A stretch of 43,029 bases of DNA from Staphylococcus phage vB_SpsS_QT1, in the sequence record NC_048192.1; one strand, written 5' to 3'. Both the position numbers and the translations under genes were made by a program. How positions within the stretch are numbered: the stretch's first letter is position 1; each line of letters starts with the position of its first letter. Shown piece by piece: positions 1-8,520 of the stretch. The notes beneath the pieces are model-generated. The model ran no database searches, was not told the origin of the DNA, and saw only the letters and a list, made by a program, of their open reading frames with translations.

Positions 1-60
1 CGGCGCTTGGGTCTTTTTCACAACTATAATTAAATTTTATATATAAAAGGAGGTAGCGTT

Positions 61-408
61 ATGGAAAATGTAACTAAATTAAATAGTGAACAACTGAAGA
101 CCATAGACAAAACTCGCGACTGGCTGATGCAGCAAGTGGATGTTGAAAACTTAGTAGAGGTCGAAAAGGTAGATAGATACTGCAATCTATTAAAAATATT
201 CTATTATCTGGATAATGATGTTTATGCTAGAGGTCCAGTGATTGAAGTAGGCAATGGCAAGCAAGGGTTTATCAAGCCTAATCCTGCACTTGCAGAAAAG
301 AATAAGATTAACGGCTCACTGCTTGCGATTGAAAAATCATTCAAACTTGATAAGAAGTTAGAGCAACGTCGTTTAGAAAAGGCGCAAAAAGGACCTGAAT
401 TAACATGA
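61..408 (+). CDS. terS: Terminase small subunit, P27-like
   Basis: 115-aa ORF with AAAGGAGG RBS at 46-53, immediately upstream of and overlapping TerL (ATGA); HNH endonuclease lies just upstream across the genome ends, the arrangement typical of HNH-dependent cos packaging. Confidence 0.55.
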   Translation: MENVTKLNSEQLKTIDKTRDWLMQQVDVENLVEVEKVDRYCNLLKIFYYLDNDVYARGPVIEVGNGKQGFIKPNPALAEKNKINGSLLAIEKSFKLDKKLEQRRLEKAQKGPELT

Positions 409-2066
409 AGACCCCAAAATACGTGACGCAATACATTGACAAGATTAAAACAGGTAAGATCATTGTTAATAAGGAGCGTCAAAATCTAGTTGAGTACTTA
501 GAAAAGTACATATTAAATCGAGACGATCTGTATTTTGATTTTCAAAAGATTGAGGATTATGTCGGATTTAGTGAAAAGTGGTTTTTTGAGATTCAAGATT
601 TTCAAAAGTTTATAACTTGTTTTGTATTTTTATACGAAGCAGACACGTTGACACCTTATTTCTCAGAATTTTTTATATCGATGGCTCGGGGTGGCGGTAA
701 AAACGGGTATATCAGCACGTTAGGTGCTTTCTTTTTAACGCCCTTGCATGGCATACCTAAATATAACATGTCGGTCGTTGCGAATAGTGAAAAACAAGCC
801 CAAGTCAGCTTTCAGGAGATATACGACATGATTGAAAGTAATGACTTGTATGTCAGAAAAGATAAGCCTAATAACCCTTTTAACATCAGTAAGGTGCTGA
901 TAGAAGGTATTTCGATGAAAGCGCAGTTTGTGTTTGATACGTCGAACGAAAAGACTAAGGATGGTGCGCGTGAAGGTTGCGTTTTCTTTGACGAGATTCA
1001 CGCCTATGAAAAAGACACGATCATCAATGTTAAACGTAGTGGATTAGGTAAAGTCGCACACCCTCGTACATTTTATATAGGTACTGACGGGCATGTTCGA
1101 GAGGGCTTTTTAGATAAGCTGAAAGAGCGTGCAGCTAATGTTTTAATTGGCGAATCGCCGGAGGATAGGCTTTTTCCGTTCATCTGCAAAATCGACGACA
1201 AAGAAGAGTTGCACGATTTTGACATGTGGCAAAAAGCAAATCCGATGTTTGAAGCGCCGATGAATGATTACGGTCGTCAACTTTTTCAAGAGGTTAAACA
1301 ACAGTATTTGTCGCTTAAGTTTAATCCGTCAGGAAGAACAGAATTCATGACAAAGCGCATGAACTTGCCTGAAACAGATTCTCAAAGCGTAGTAGCGCCT
1401 TGGGATGACATTCTTGCTACTAACCGTGACATGCCGTCACTTGATAACCATGAATGTATTGGAGGGCTTGACTATGCGAGCCTTAAAGACTTTGCAGCAG
1501 TTGGACTTTTATTCAAAGTTGACGATGAGTACATTTGGAAAACACATTCGTTTGCGCGTAAAGCCTTTTTAGATGAATACCAATTGAAACCACCAATACA
1601 TGAGTGGGCTGAAAAGGGATTGTTAACCATTGTAGATGAGCCTACAATATCACCTAAACACATCATTGATTGGTTCCTTGAAGCACAAAAACATTATGGT
1701 CTTAAAAAGGTTATAGCGGATAATTTTCGAATGGATCTACTACGCCCTCTTTTTGAAGAGAACGATATCGATTATGAAGTGGTTAAGAATACGAGGGCTA
1801 TTCAATCGCTACTAGCGCCTCGCGTTGAAGACATGTTTGCACAACAGAACATTATATTTGGCGACAACCCCCTTATGCGTTGGTATACGGGTAATGTGGC
1901 TGTGAAGATTGATAAATACGGTAACAAGACTTACGAGAAAAAAGAACCAGTTCGACGCAAGACGGACGGTTTTCAGGCACTAATACATGCGTTGTATCGT
2001 GCAGATGACTTAAATGGTGCCAGTCTTGACGCTGAGATTGATTTACTTCGTGGCTTGAGATTTTAG
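405..2066 (+). CDS. terL: Terminase large subunit
   Basis: 553-aa ORF in the position following terS; N-terminal ATPase-like and C-terminal nuclease-like regions; size and placement typical. Confidence 0.85.
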   Translation: MKTPKYVTQYIDKIKTGKIIVNKERQNLVEYLEKYILNRDDLYFDFQKIEDYVGFSEKWFFEIQDFQKFITCFVFLYEADTLTPYFSEFFISMARGGGKNGYISTLGAFFLTPLHGIPKYNMSVVANSEKQAQVSFQEIYDMIESNDLYVRKDKPNNPFNISKVLIEGISMKAQFVFDTSNEKTKDGAREGCVFFDEIHAYEKDTIINVKRSGLGKVAHPRTFYIGTDGHVREGFLDKLKERAANVLIGESPEDRLFPFICKIDDKEELHDFDMWQKANPMFEAPMNDYGRQLFQEVKQQYLSLKFNPSGRTEFMTKRMNLPETDSQSVVAPWDDILATNRDMPSLDNHECIGGLDYASLKDFAAVGLLFKVDDEYIWKTHSFARKAFLDEYQLKPPIHEWAEKGLLTIVDEPTISPKHIIDWFLEAQKHYGLKKVIADNFRMDLLRPLFEENDIDYEVVKNTRAIQSLLAPRVEDMFAQQNIIFGDNPLMRWYTGNVAVKIDKYGNKTYEKKEPVRRKTDGFQALIHALYRADDLNGASLDAEIDLLRGLRF

Positions 2067-2080
2067 AAAGGAGGTAAGGT

Positions 2081-3238
2081 ATGGGGTTATTTGACAGTGT
2101 TTTTAAACGACATTCTGAGTTGTCTTGGATGTACGACTTAGAATTTCTTCAAGATAAAAGCAAAAAAGCCTATTTAAAACAAATTGCACTCAACACTGTT
2201 GTTGAAATGGTTGCACGGACTATATCACAAAGTGAGTTTAGAGTGATGAAAAACAATACAAAAGAAAAAGGTACCTTGTATTACTTACTCAATGTTCGTC
2301 CAAACAGAAATCAAAATGCTGTGGATTTTTGGCAAAAGTTTATTTTTAAATTAATTATGGATAATGAAGTGCTTGTAGTTAAAAATGATGAAGGGCACTT
2401 TTTTGTTGCGGATGATTTCGAGAAAGAAGATGAGCTAGGTTTATATTCACATCGATTCACCAATGTCTTAGTTAATGATTTTGAGTTCAAGCGTGTCTTT
2501 ACTATGGATGATGTCATCTATTTAAAATATAACAATCAGAAGCTGGATGCGTTTTCACTTGGATTGTTTGAGGATTATGGCGAGATTTTCGGACGAATGA
2601 TTGACTTGCAAATGCTCAATAATCAAATTAGAGGAATCTTAAAAGTCGACGCAACAAAATTTTACAATAAAGAGAAACAAAAAGAGCTACAAGCTTATAT
2701 TGATACGTTATTTGATGCATTTCAAAATAATACGATTGCCGTTGTGCCCTTAACAGAAGGTTTAGCTTATGAGGAACATTCAAATAGAGGCGCTGCACAA
2801 AGCGCTCAACAGTTTTCGGAGCTTAATGAGCTAAAAAAGACTGTTTTAACAGATGTAGCCCGAATGATTGGCGTGCCACCGTCACTTGTTTTAGGGGAGA
2901 TGGCGGACTTAGAAAAAACCATTGAGTCTTACTTACAATTTTGTATTAATCCGTTGCTGCGTAAAATTGAAGCGGAGTTAAACAGTAAATTTTTCTATCA
3001 AGACGAATACTTAAATGATGATATGCACATTAAAGTTGTAGGCATAGACAAACGGGACCCACTCAAATTATCAGAGGCTATCGACAAATTAGTCGCGTCA
3101 GGAACGTTCACACGTAACCAAGTACGTATCATGACAGGTGAGGAGCCTGCAGATGACCCAGAACTCGATAAATTTATCATCACTAAAAACCTTCAAAGTG
3201 CTGACGCTTTTAAAGGGGGTGAATCTAATGAAGAGTAG
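2081..3238 (+). CDS. Portal protein
   Basis: 385 aa, AAAGGAGG RBS, follows TerL and precedes the prohead protease. Confidence 0.8.
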   Translation: MGLFDSVFKRHSELSWMYDLEFLQDKSKKAYLKQIALNTVVEMVARTISQSEFRVMKNNTKEKGTLYYLLNVRPNRNQNAVDFWQKFIFKLIMDNEVLVVKNDEGHFFVADDFEKEDELGLYSHRFTNVLVNDFEFKRVFTMDDVIYLKYNNQKLDAFSLGLFEDYGEIFGRMIDLQMLNNQIRGILKVDATKFYNKEKQKELQAYIDTLFDAFQNNTIAVVPLTEGLAYEEHSNRGAAQSAQQFSELNELKKTVLTDVARMIGVPPSLVLGEMADLEKTIESYLQFCINPLLRKIEAELNSKFFYQDEYLNDDMHIKVVGIDKRDPLKLSEAIDKLVASGTFTRNQVRIMTGEEPADDPELDKFIITKNLQSADAFKGGESNEE

Positions 3239-4052
3239 CTCAGTAATCCCTCATTTTAAGAATGAGGTTTCGGGTGATACGCAAATATTAACTCTAAACG
3301 GTGTGGTCGCTTCTGATGATTTTGAGAATACAATTTCGCACAAAAAAATTGAAGCCGCGTTGAAAGGTTCCGATAAAAACATAGTTATTAAGTTGGCAAG
3401 TGGTGGCGGTGATGCTTTTGAAGGTATTAACATTTACAACTACCTAAAAAGCTTAAAAAACCATGTCACAATTGAAATAACCTCAATCGCAGCAAGTGCC
3501 GCGTCTATTATTGCGATGGCTGGCGATAAGATTGTTATGCACACAGGCTCCAATATGATGATCCATGAAGCCTCAACTTTTGCATTTGGCAGTAAGACCG
3601 ATATTCGCAAGACTTTGAATGCTTTAGAAAGTGTCGACAAATCTATTGTAGATGTTTACTACAACAGAACAGGTGTCGATAAAAATGAAATTATAGACAT
3701 GATGGCTAAAGAAACATGGATGACAGCGGATGAAGCAATTAAGCAGAAATTTGCTGATGAAAAATGGCAATCTAAGGAGGTGACAAACATGGATAAAAGA
3801 CAACTGCTTGCTAATTTAAAAGAGCAACAAAAATTATTAGCTCAAATGATTGCTGAAACGTCTGGAAATGGTTCTGAGAATGAAGAGCCTGACAATGACG
3901 ACAGCTTAGAACAGCGTTTAGCTGATTTGGAAAATGATGTTAAAAACATTAAATTGCGCTTAGATGACTTAGAGGGCTCGGATGACAAAGAAGATTCTGA
4001 TACACCTAAGCCGCCTGAACCACAAAACAAATTTAAAAGATTTTCATTTTAA
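3228..4052 (+). CDS. Prohead protease (ClpP/S14-like) with C-terminal acidic coiled-coil scaffold-like extension
   Basis: Start chosen at ATG 3228 (RBS AAAGGGGGTGA 3212-3222); ASGGGDAFEG and MIHEAS motifs resemble ClpP-family serine protease; C-terminal ~90 aa highly acidic coiled coil. Confidence 0.75.
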   Translation: MKSSSVIPHFKNEVSGDTQILTLNGVVASDDFENTISHKKIEAALKGSDKNIVIKLASGGGDAFEGINIYNYLKSLKNHVTIEITSIAASAASIIAMAGDKIVMHTGSNMMIHEASTFAFGSKTDIRKTLNALESVDKSIVDVYYNRTGVDKNEIIDMMAKETWMTADEAIKQKFADEKWQSKEVTNMDKRQLLANLKEQQKLLAQMIAETSGNGSENEEPDNDDSLEQRLADLENDVKNIKLRLDDLEGSDDKEDSDTPKPPEPQNKFKRFSF

Positions 4053-4111
4053 TTAGCTCAACGTGAGTAACGTTGGGCTAAAAATATGATTAAAATTAGG
4101 AGGAAAACAAA

Positions 4112-5299
4112 ATGGCAGATATGAAACAAAACAATGTCAAACTTAAAAACTATCATGAACATAAAAAACAATTTGCTAACTTAGTACAAAATGGTGCTTC
4201 GGATGAAGAGCAGTCAAAAGCTTTTGGTGCGATGTTCGATGCGCTTTCTAATGATTTACAGGAGGAAATTACAGCTGAAATCAACAATCGTGTTGTAGAC
4301 AACGGTATTTTAGCGAAACGCTCACAAGACCCGTTAACGTCTGAAGAACGTAAATTCTTTAATGACATCAACTACGACGTAGGTTACACAGATGAAAAGA
4401 TTTTACCTGAAACTGTTGTTGAACGTGTATTTGACGACTTACAAAAAGATCACCCATTGTTGTCAAAAATCAACTTTCAAAATGCGGGCATCAAAACACG
4501 TGTTATCAAAGCAGACCCAGCAGGTCAAGCGGTATGGGGTAAAGTGTTTGGTGAGATTAAGGGTCAATTGGACGCAGCGTTTCGTGAAGAGAATTTTACT
4601 CAATACAAACTAACATGCTTTGTTGTATTACCAGATGACTTATCAACTTTTGGTCCTGCTTGGATTGAACGTTTTGTACGTACTCAAATTCAAGAGGCGA
4701 TTTCAGTAGCACTTGAATCAGCAATCATCAATGGTGGCGGTGCTGCTAAAACACAACCAGTAGGGTTAATGAAAGATGTTAACACTAATTCTGGAGCAGT
4801 GACAGATAAAGCGTCATCAGGTACTTTAACTTTTGCAGACGCAGATACTACAATTTTAGAACTTAACGATGTTTTGAAAAATTTATCTGTAGACGAAAAA
4901 GGTAAAGAGTTAAAAATCGATGGCAAAGTTGCTTTAGTAGTCAACCCACGTGATTCATGGGACGTACAAGCACGTTACACTTACTTAACAGCTAATGGCG
5001 GATTTGTGACTGTACTACCTTATAACGTAACTATAATTACATCTGAGTTCGTTCCAGAAGGTAAGCTTGTTGCATTTGTCACTGACCGATATAACGCAGT
5101 TCGTGGCGGAGGATTGACTGTTAAGAAATTCGACCAAACTTTAGCGTTAGAAGATGCCGTACTATTCACAGCTAAAACGTTTGCTTATGGTCAACCTGAT
5201 GATAACAAAGCATCAGCAGTTTACGACTTGAAAGTTGCATCGGCACCACGTAGGCAAACAAGTGCAGGCGGAACAACTGACGGTGTCGCTGAAGCTTAA
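4112..5299 (+). CDS. Major capsid protein (HK97 fold)
   Basis: 395 aa, strong AGGAGG RBS, directly after the protease gene. Confidence 0.75.
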   Translation: MADMKQNNVKLKNYHEHKKQFANLVQNGASDEEQSKAFGAMFDALSNDLQEEITAEINNRVVDNGILAKRSQDPLTSEERKFFNDINYDVGYTDEKILPETVVERVFDDLQKDHPLLSKINFQNAGIKTRVIKADPAGQAVWGKVFGEIKGQLDAAFREENFTQYKLTCFVVLPDDLSTFGPAWIERFVRTQIQEAISVALESAIINGGGAAKTQPVGLMKDVNTNSGAVTDKASSGTLTFADADTTILELNDVLKNLSVDEKGKELKIDGKVALVVNPRDSWDVQARYTYLTANGGFVTVLPYNVTIITSEFVPEGKLVAFVTDRYNAVRGGGLTVKKFDQTLALEDAVLFTAKTFAYGQPDDNKASAVYDLKVASAPRRQTSAGGTTDGVAEA

Positions 5300-5307
5300 A
5301 GATAGGA

Positions 5308-5607
5308 GTGGTGTACATGGAAAACATCACAAATGATTTATTAAAGCAGTTTAAAGCCTTCGCAAAAATTAATCACGACACCGAAGATGAATATTTGAAG
5401 AATCTTTTGACTAAATCTTATAGCAACTTAATTTCAAGATTTGGTGAGTTTAGCATCACTGAAAATCTTGAGGGTCAGGACTTAGTATTTGCCCGAACAC
5501 GATATGCTTATGAAGATTTAACTGAATACTTTAATGATAATTATCGAGACGATCTGATTAATTTTGGCCTGAATAATGTGCTTGGAAGTGGTATAAGTGA
5601 AAAGTAA
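5308..5607 (+). CDS. Head-tail connector (gp6-like)
   Basis: 99 aa, RBS AGGAG, positional assignment after capsid gene. Confidence 0.45.
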   Translation: MVYMENITNDLLKQFKAFAKINHDTEDEYLKNLLTKSYSNLISRFGEFSITENLEGQDLVFARTRYAYEDLTEYFNDNYRDDLINFGLNNVLGSGISEK

Positions 5608-5959
5608 ATTTAAAAAACCTTTCATTACCACTAAAAAGCTAAACACATGGGTGCGGTTTTACGAATATGTTGAGAACGATGGACCTGAAGCGGGCGAAAA
5701 GCGTAAACAGCTATTGTATGAGTGTTGGGCGTATGTTCCTCGATGGAAAATGACTGAATTGCAACAAGCCATTGAGACTGGAACTGAGCATGATGTTAAA
5801 GTGTTTATTCGTGAAACACATGGGCAATACATCCCCAAAGATACGCACTATATATCGATTCAATCACCTTACGTTAGTACGGATTTGAACATTAAGCTTG
5901 TTCAGCCCGACGTTGAGAATGAACAGTTCTTAATGCTACAAGCGGGTGTTCAATCATGA
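5597..5959 (+). CDS. Head closure / head-tail adaptor protein
   Basis: 120 aa, GTG start overlapping previous gene; position in the head-tail joining cluster. Confidence 0.4.
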   Translation: MKSKFKKPFITTKKLNTWVRFYEYVENDGPEAGEKRKQLLYECWAYVPRWKMTELQQAIETGTEHDVKVFIRETHGQYIPKDTHYISIQSPYVSTDLNIKLVQPDVENEQFLMLQAGVQS

Positions 5960-6357
5960 GGTTAATTTACGACACTAAAAAATTGGAAAGAGAGCTAGAA
6001 AAACGACTAAGTAAACGTGCATTAATGCGCATTACTGACCGCGCTTTAACGGAAGCGGGCGAGGTTGTTTTAGAAGCAATACGCACGAATCTTAAATATT
6101 TTAGAGATACCGGCGCGGAATACGGAGAAGTCAAACTTTCTAAACCTACGTGGGAAAATGGAAAACGCACAATACGTGTGTATTGGGAAGGTGAAAAACA
6201 TCGATATTCCATCGTTCATTTAAACGAGAAAGGCTTTTATGCTAAAGATGGTAAGTTTATCCGCCCAAAAGGGATGGGCGCGATAGATAAAGCTTTGCGG
6301 GCTTCCCGGGATAAGTTTTTTAAAGTGTATGCGGAGGAGGTGTCTAAACTTTTATGA
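5956..6357 (+). CDS. Tail-component protein (HK97 gp10-like)
   Basis: 133 aa, ATGA translational coupling to previous gene. Confidence 0.4.
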   Translation: MRLIYDTKKLERELEKRLSKRALMRITDRALTEAGEVVLEAIRTNLKYFRDTGAEYGEVKLSKPTWENGKRTIRVYWEGEKHRYSIVHLNEKGFYAKDGKFIRPKGMGAIDKALRASRDKFFKVYAEEVSKLL

Positions 6358-6755
6358 TAGATATTTTGATGGAAGTGTATAATATCTTGAAATCTGATGA
6401 CGATTTAATGCGTTTGATAGATAAAAAGAATATCAAATTCAATCAATATCCTGACGTTAAAGACAAGATGGCACCTTATATAGTGATTGATGACTACGAC
6501 GACCCTATACCTGAATGGCATTCCGATGGGGATAGAATAGCTTACAATTACGCTTTCCAGATTGATGTGATGGTTAAGGCGTCCGATGCGTATAATGCAC
6601 GAAAGCGCCGTAACGAAATATCAAATCGAATTAGTGAGCTGCTTTGGAAAAATCAAATGAAACAGATAAGGAATTTAGGAAATGAATACGATAAAAATTT
6701 AGCTTTGTATCGTTCAACAAGACGGTATGAGGCTATTTTTTATGAAAATTATTAG
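6354..6755 (+). CDS. Tail completion protein
   Basis: 133 aa, ATGA coupling; precedes major tail protein. Confidence 0.4.
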   Translation: MIDILMEVYNILKSDDDLMRLIDKKNIKFNQYPDVKDKMAPYIVIDDYDDPIPEWHSDGDRIAYNYAFQIDVMVKASDAYNARKRRNEISNRISELLWKNQMKQIRNLGNEYDKNLALYRSTRRYEAIFYENY

Positions 6756-6767
6756 GAGGAATTTAAA

Positions 6768-7673
6768 ATGTCAAAATATGCAAAAACACCAAAATCGTTT
6801 ATCAATATCAAGGGTTTAGGTTTTGCTTTATTAAAAAAGGATGAAGCAGACGGTACAATCGAGTACACAAACATTACTCAAACACGAGGATTGCAAGAGA
6901 TTTCAGTTGAAACTGGCGGCGATGTAGTAAATGCGTATGCAGATGGCTCTATCATCGAATCAGGTAATACTGATGGCGAGGGAAAAATCTCAATGACAAT
7001 GCATGCGTTTCCTCAAGAGATTCGCGAGCTTATTTTTAACGAGATTTACAACGAGAACGGCGTTTATTCAGAAGAACAAGGTAAACAGAATAACTATGTC
7101 GCGGTATGGTTTAAACGTGAACGCAAAGACGGCACGTTCCAGCGCGTTGGCTTAACAAAAGTTATGTTCTCTGACCCTCAAATCGAAGGAAAAACATCTG
7201 AGGAAAATTGGGAATTTAGTTCAGAAGAATCAGAAGGTACGGCAATGCATCGTATTGCAGACGGCAAACGCAAAATTATGTTTGATTCTGCTAAAGATGG
7301 CGCGGATGAAAAAGAATTTTTCAAAGTGCTTCTTGCTAATGAAAATGGTTTAGATCAAGCAGATTCGGATTTTAATAATGCGGAGGATGTAAAAGTAACT
7401 GAAATTGTTGTCGAGCCATCTTCCGCAAATGTTGACGTCGGCAACACAATTAATCTTACTACTACTATTAAACCGGACAACGCTAAAAATAAAAGCATAA
7501 AGTTTAGCACAACAGATACTCAAAATATAAATGTTGATGCAAATTCAGGTGTTGTCACTGGTTTAAGTGAAGGACAAGCCACTGTTACAGTTTCAGCGCA
7601 AGACGGTAGCGGTGTCGTAGGCACAGCGACAGTAACTGTTAACCCTCGACAAGATTCTGAGGAAACTTTATAA
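6768..7673 (+). CDS. Major tail protein with C-terminal Ig-like (Big_2-type) domain
   Basis: 301 aa, AGGAGG RBS; C-terminal ~85 aa (VTEIVVEPSSANVDVGNTINLTTTIKPDNAKNKSIKFSTTDTQNINVDANSGVVTGLSEGQATVTVSA) matches the bacterial Ig-like group 2 pattern. Confidence 0.7.
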   Translation: MSKYAKTPKSFINIKGLGFALLKKDEADGTIEYTNITQTRGLQEISVETGGDVVNAYADGSIIESGNTDGEGKISMTMHAFPQEIRELIFNEIYNENGVYSEEQGKQNNYVAVWFKRERKDGTFQRVGLTKVMFSDPQIEGKTSEENWEFSSEESEGTAMHRIADGKRKIMFDSAKDGADEKEFFKVLLANENGLDQADSDFNNAEDVKVTEIVVEPSSANVDVGNTINLTTTIKPDNAKNKSIKFSTTDTQNINVDANSGVVTGLSEGQATVTVSAQDGSGVVGTATVTVNPRQDSEETL

Positions 7674-7676
7674 AGC

Positions 7677-7706
7677 TAAAGGCGGCTATGATAGTCGCCT
7701 ATTTTT
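7677..7706 (+). terminator. Rho-independent terminator after major tail gene
   Basis: aggcggcta-tga-tagtcgcct stem-loop followed by ATTTTTGT. Confidence 0.45.
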
Positions 7707-7735
7707 GTATACAAAAATAAAGAAAGGGTGAGCCG

Positions 7736-7900
7736 ATGGCGACATTTGAAGTTTTAAAAGACTGCAGAGACAAAAAGGCGAAGCACCTTTATAGAAAAGA
7801 TGAAAAAATCGAAGCAACAGTAAAAGCCATTAATGAGTTTGAAAGACGTCTAAAAAAAGCAGGCTATGAATTACCATTTTTTAAAAGAATAGATAATTAA
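7736..7900 (+). CDS. Small basic protein (54 aa) between major tail and chaperone genes
   Basis: Hand-translated ORF MATFEVLKDCRDKKAKHLYRKDEKIEATVKAINEFERRLKKAGYELPFFKRIDN with RBS AAAGGGTGAG at 7722-7731; below the 60-aa cutoff of the ORF track. Confidence 0.4.
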   Translation: MATFEVLKDCRDKKAKHLYRKDEKIEATVKAINEFERRLKKAGYELPFFKRIDN

Positions 7901-7914
7901 GGAGAGAACAAACA

Positions 7915-8274
7915 ATGTCTAAATTAAAACGTAACTATATTCAATTAGTAGAAAACCCAAAAGCGGAAGAACTCAAAATGGAGACTTTTTTGACACCTCA
8001 CTTCATCCCCCTTGATGTTTTGTATGAGGTGACAGATGTCATGGTTGAGCTAGAAAAAGTAGAAGCGGGTGAAAAGGAAATGCCTTTTAGCGTTCAACTA
8101 GACAAACTTATCGACGCCGTAGTTAAAATTTACGGTAAACAGTTTACTAAAAAGGATATTAAAGCACGTCTGCATGCACCTGATGCACTTAAAACGTTGC
8201 AAGAACAAGTAGCGTTTATCGCAAATGGTCAACAAGACGATGAGACAAAAAAGTTTATTCAGAGCATCAGCTAA
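7915..8274 (+). CDS. Tail assembly chaperone G
   Basis: 119 aa, AAGGAG RBS, directly upstream of tape measure; ends just after slippery heptamer A_AAA_AAG. Confidence 0.7.
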   Translation: MSKLKRNYIQLVENPKAEELKMETFLTPHFIPLDVLYEVTDVMVELEKVEAGEKEMPFSVQLDKLIDAVVKIYGKQFTKKDIKARLHAPDALKTLQEQVAFIANGQQDDETKKFIQSIS

Positions 8275-8468
8275 AAGATACAGATCTAACGTATGCGAGT
8301 ATGCAGCAAAACCTAGATAAAGTAGTTAAGGACATGATAGAGAATGGCACACCTGCAGACCAGGTACTAAAGATGCCGTTTCATTATCTACTACAGATAT
8401 TAGATGAGCGCCATACAAATAAGGTTATATCTGATTCTAAAGCTGATGCTTTATTTTCAGCGTTGTAA
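7915..8468 (+). CDS. Tail assembly chaperone GT fusion produced by programmed -1 ribosomal frameshift at 8247-8253
   Basis: Heptamer A AAA AAG (8247-8253) in the zero frame 7 codons before the G stop; the -1 frame from 8253 (VYSEHQLKDTDLTYASMQQNLDKVVKDMIENGTPADQVLKMPFHYLLQILDERHTNKVISDSKADALFSAL) is open for 71 codons to TAA 8466-8468, ending 50 nt before the tape measure start. Confidence 0.65.
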
Positions 8469-8470
8469 TT

Positions 8471-8500
8471 TCAGGGGCTTTATGCCCCTTTATTTTTGTA
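8471..8500 (+). terminator. Hairpin (AGGGGC-TTTA-TGCCCCT) followed by T-run between GT chaperone and tape measure
   Basis: Perfect GC-rich stem followed by TTATTTTTGT; possible attenuator. Confidence 0.4.
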
Positions 8501-8520
8501 TATAAAGGAGGTGGCGATGA

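Noticed and set aside
4392-4613. 73-aa plus-strand ORF and several 60-90-aa minus-strand ORFs inside the capsid, portal, terminase and endolysin genes
   Set aside because: All are embedded in long genes with clear homology-style motifs and lack RBSs, so they are frame artefacts.
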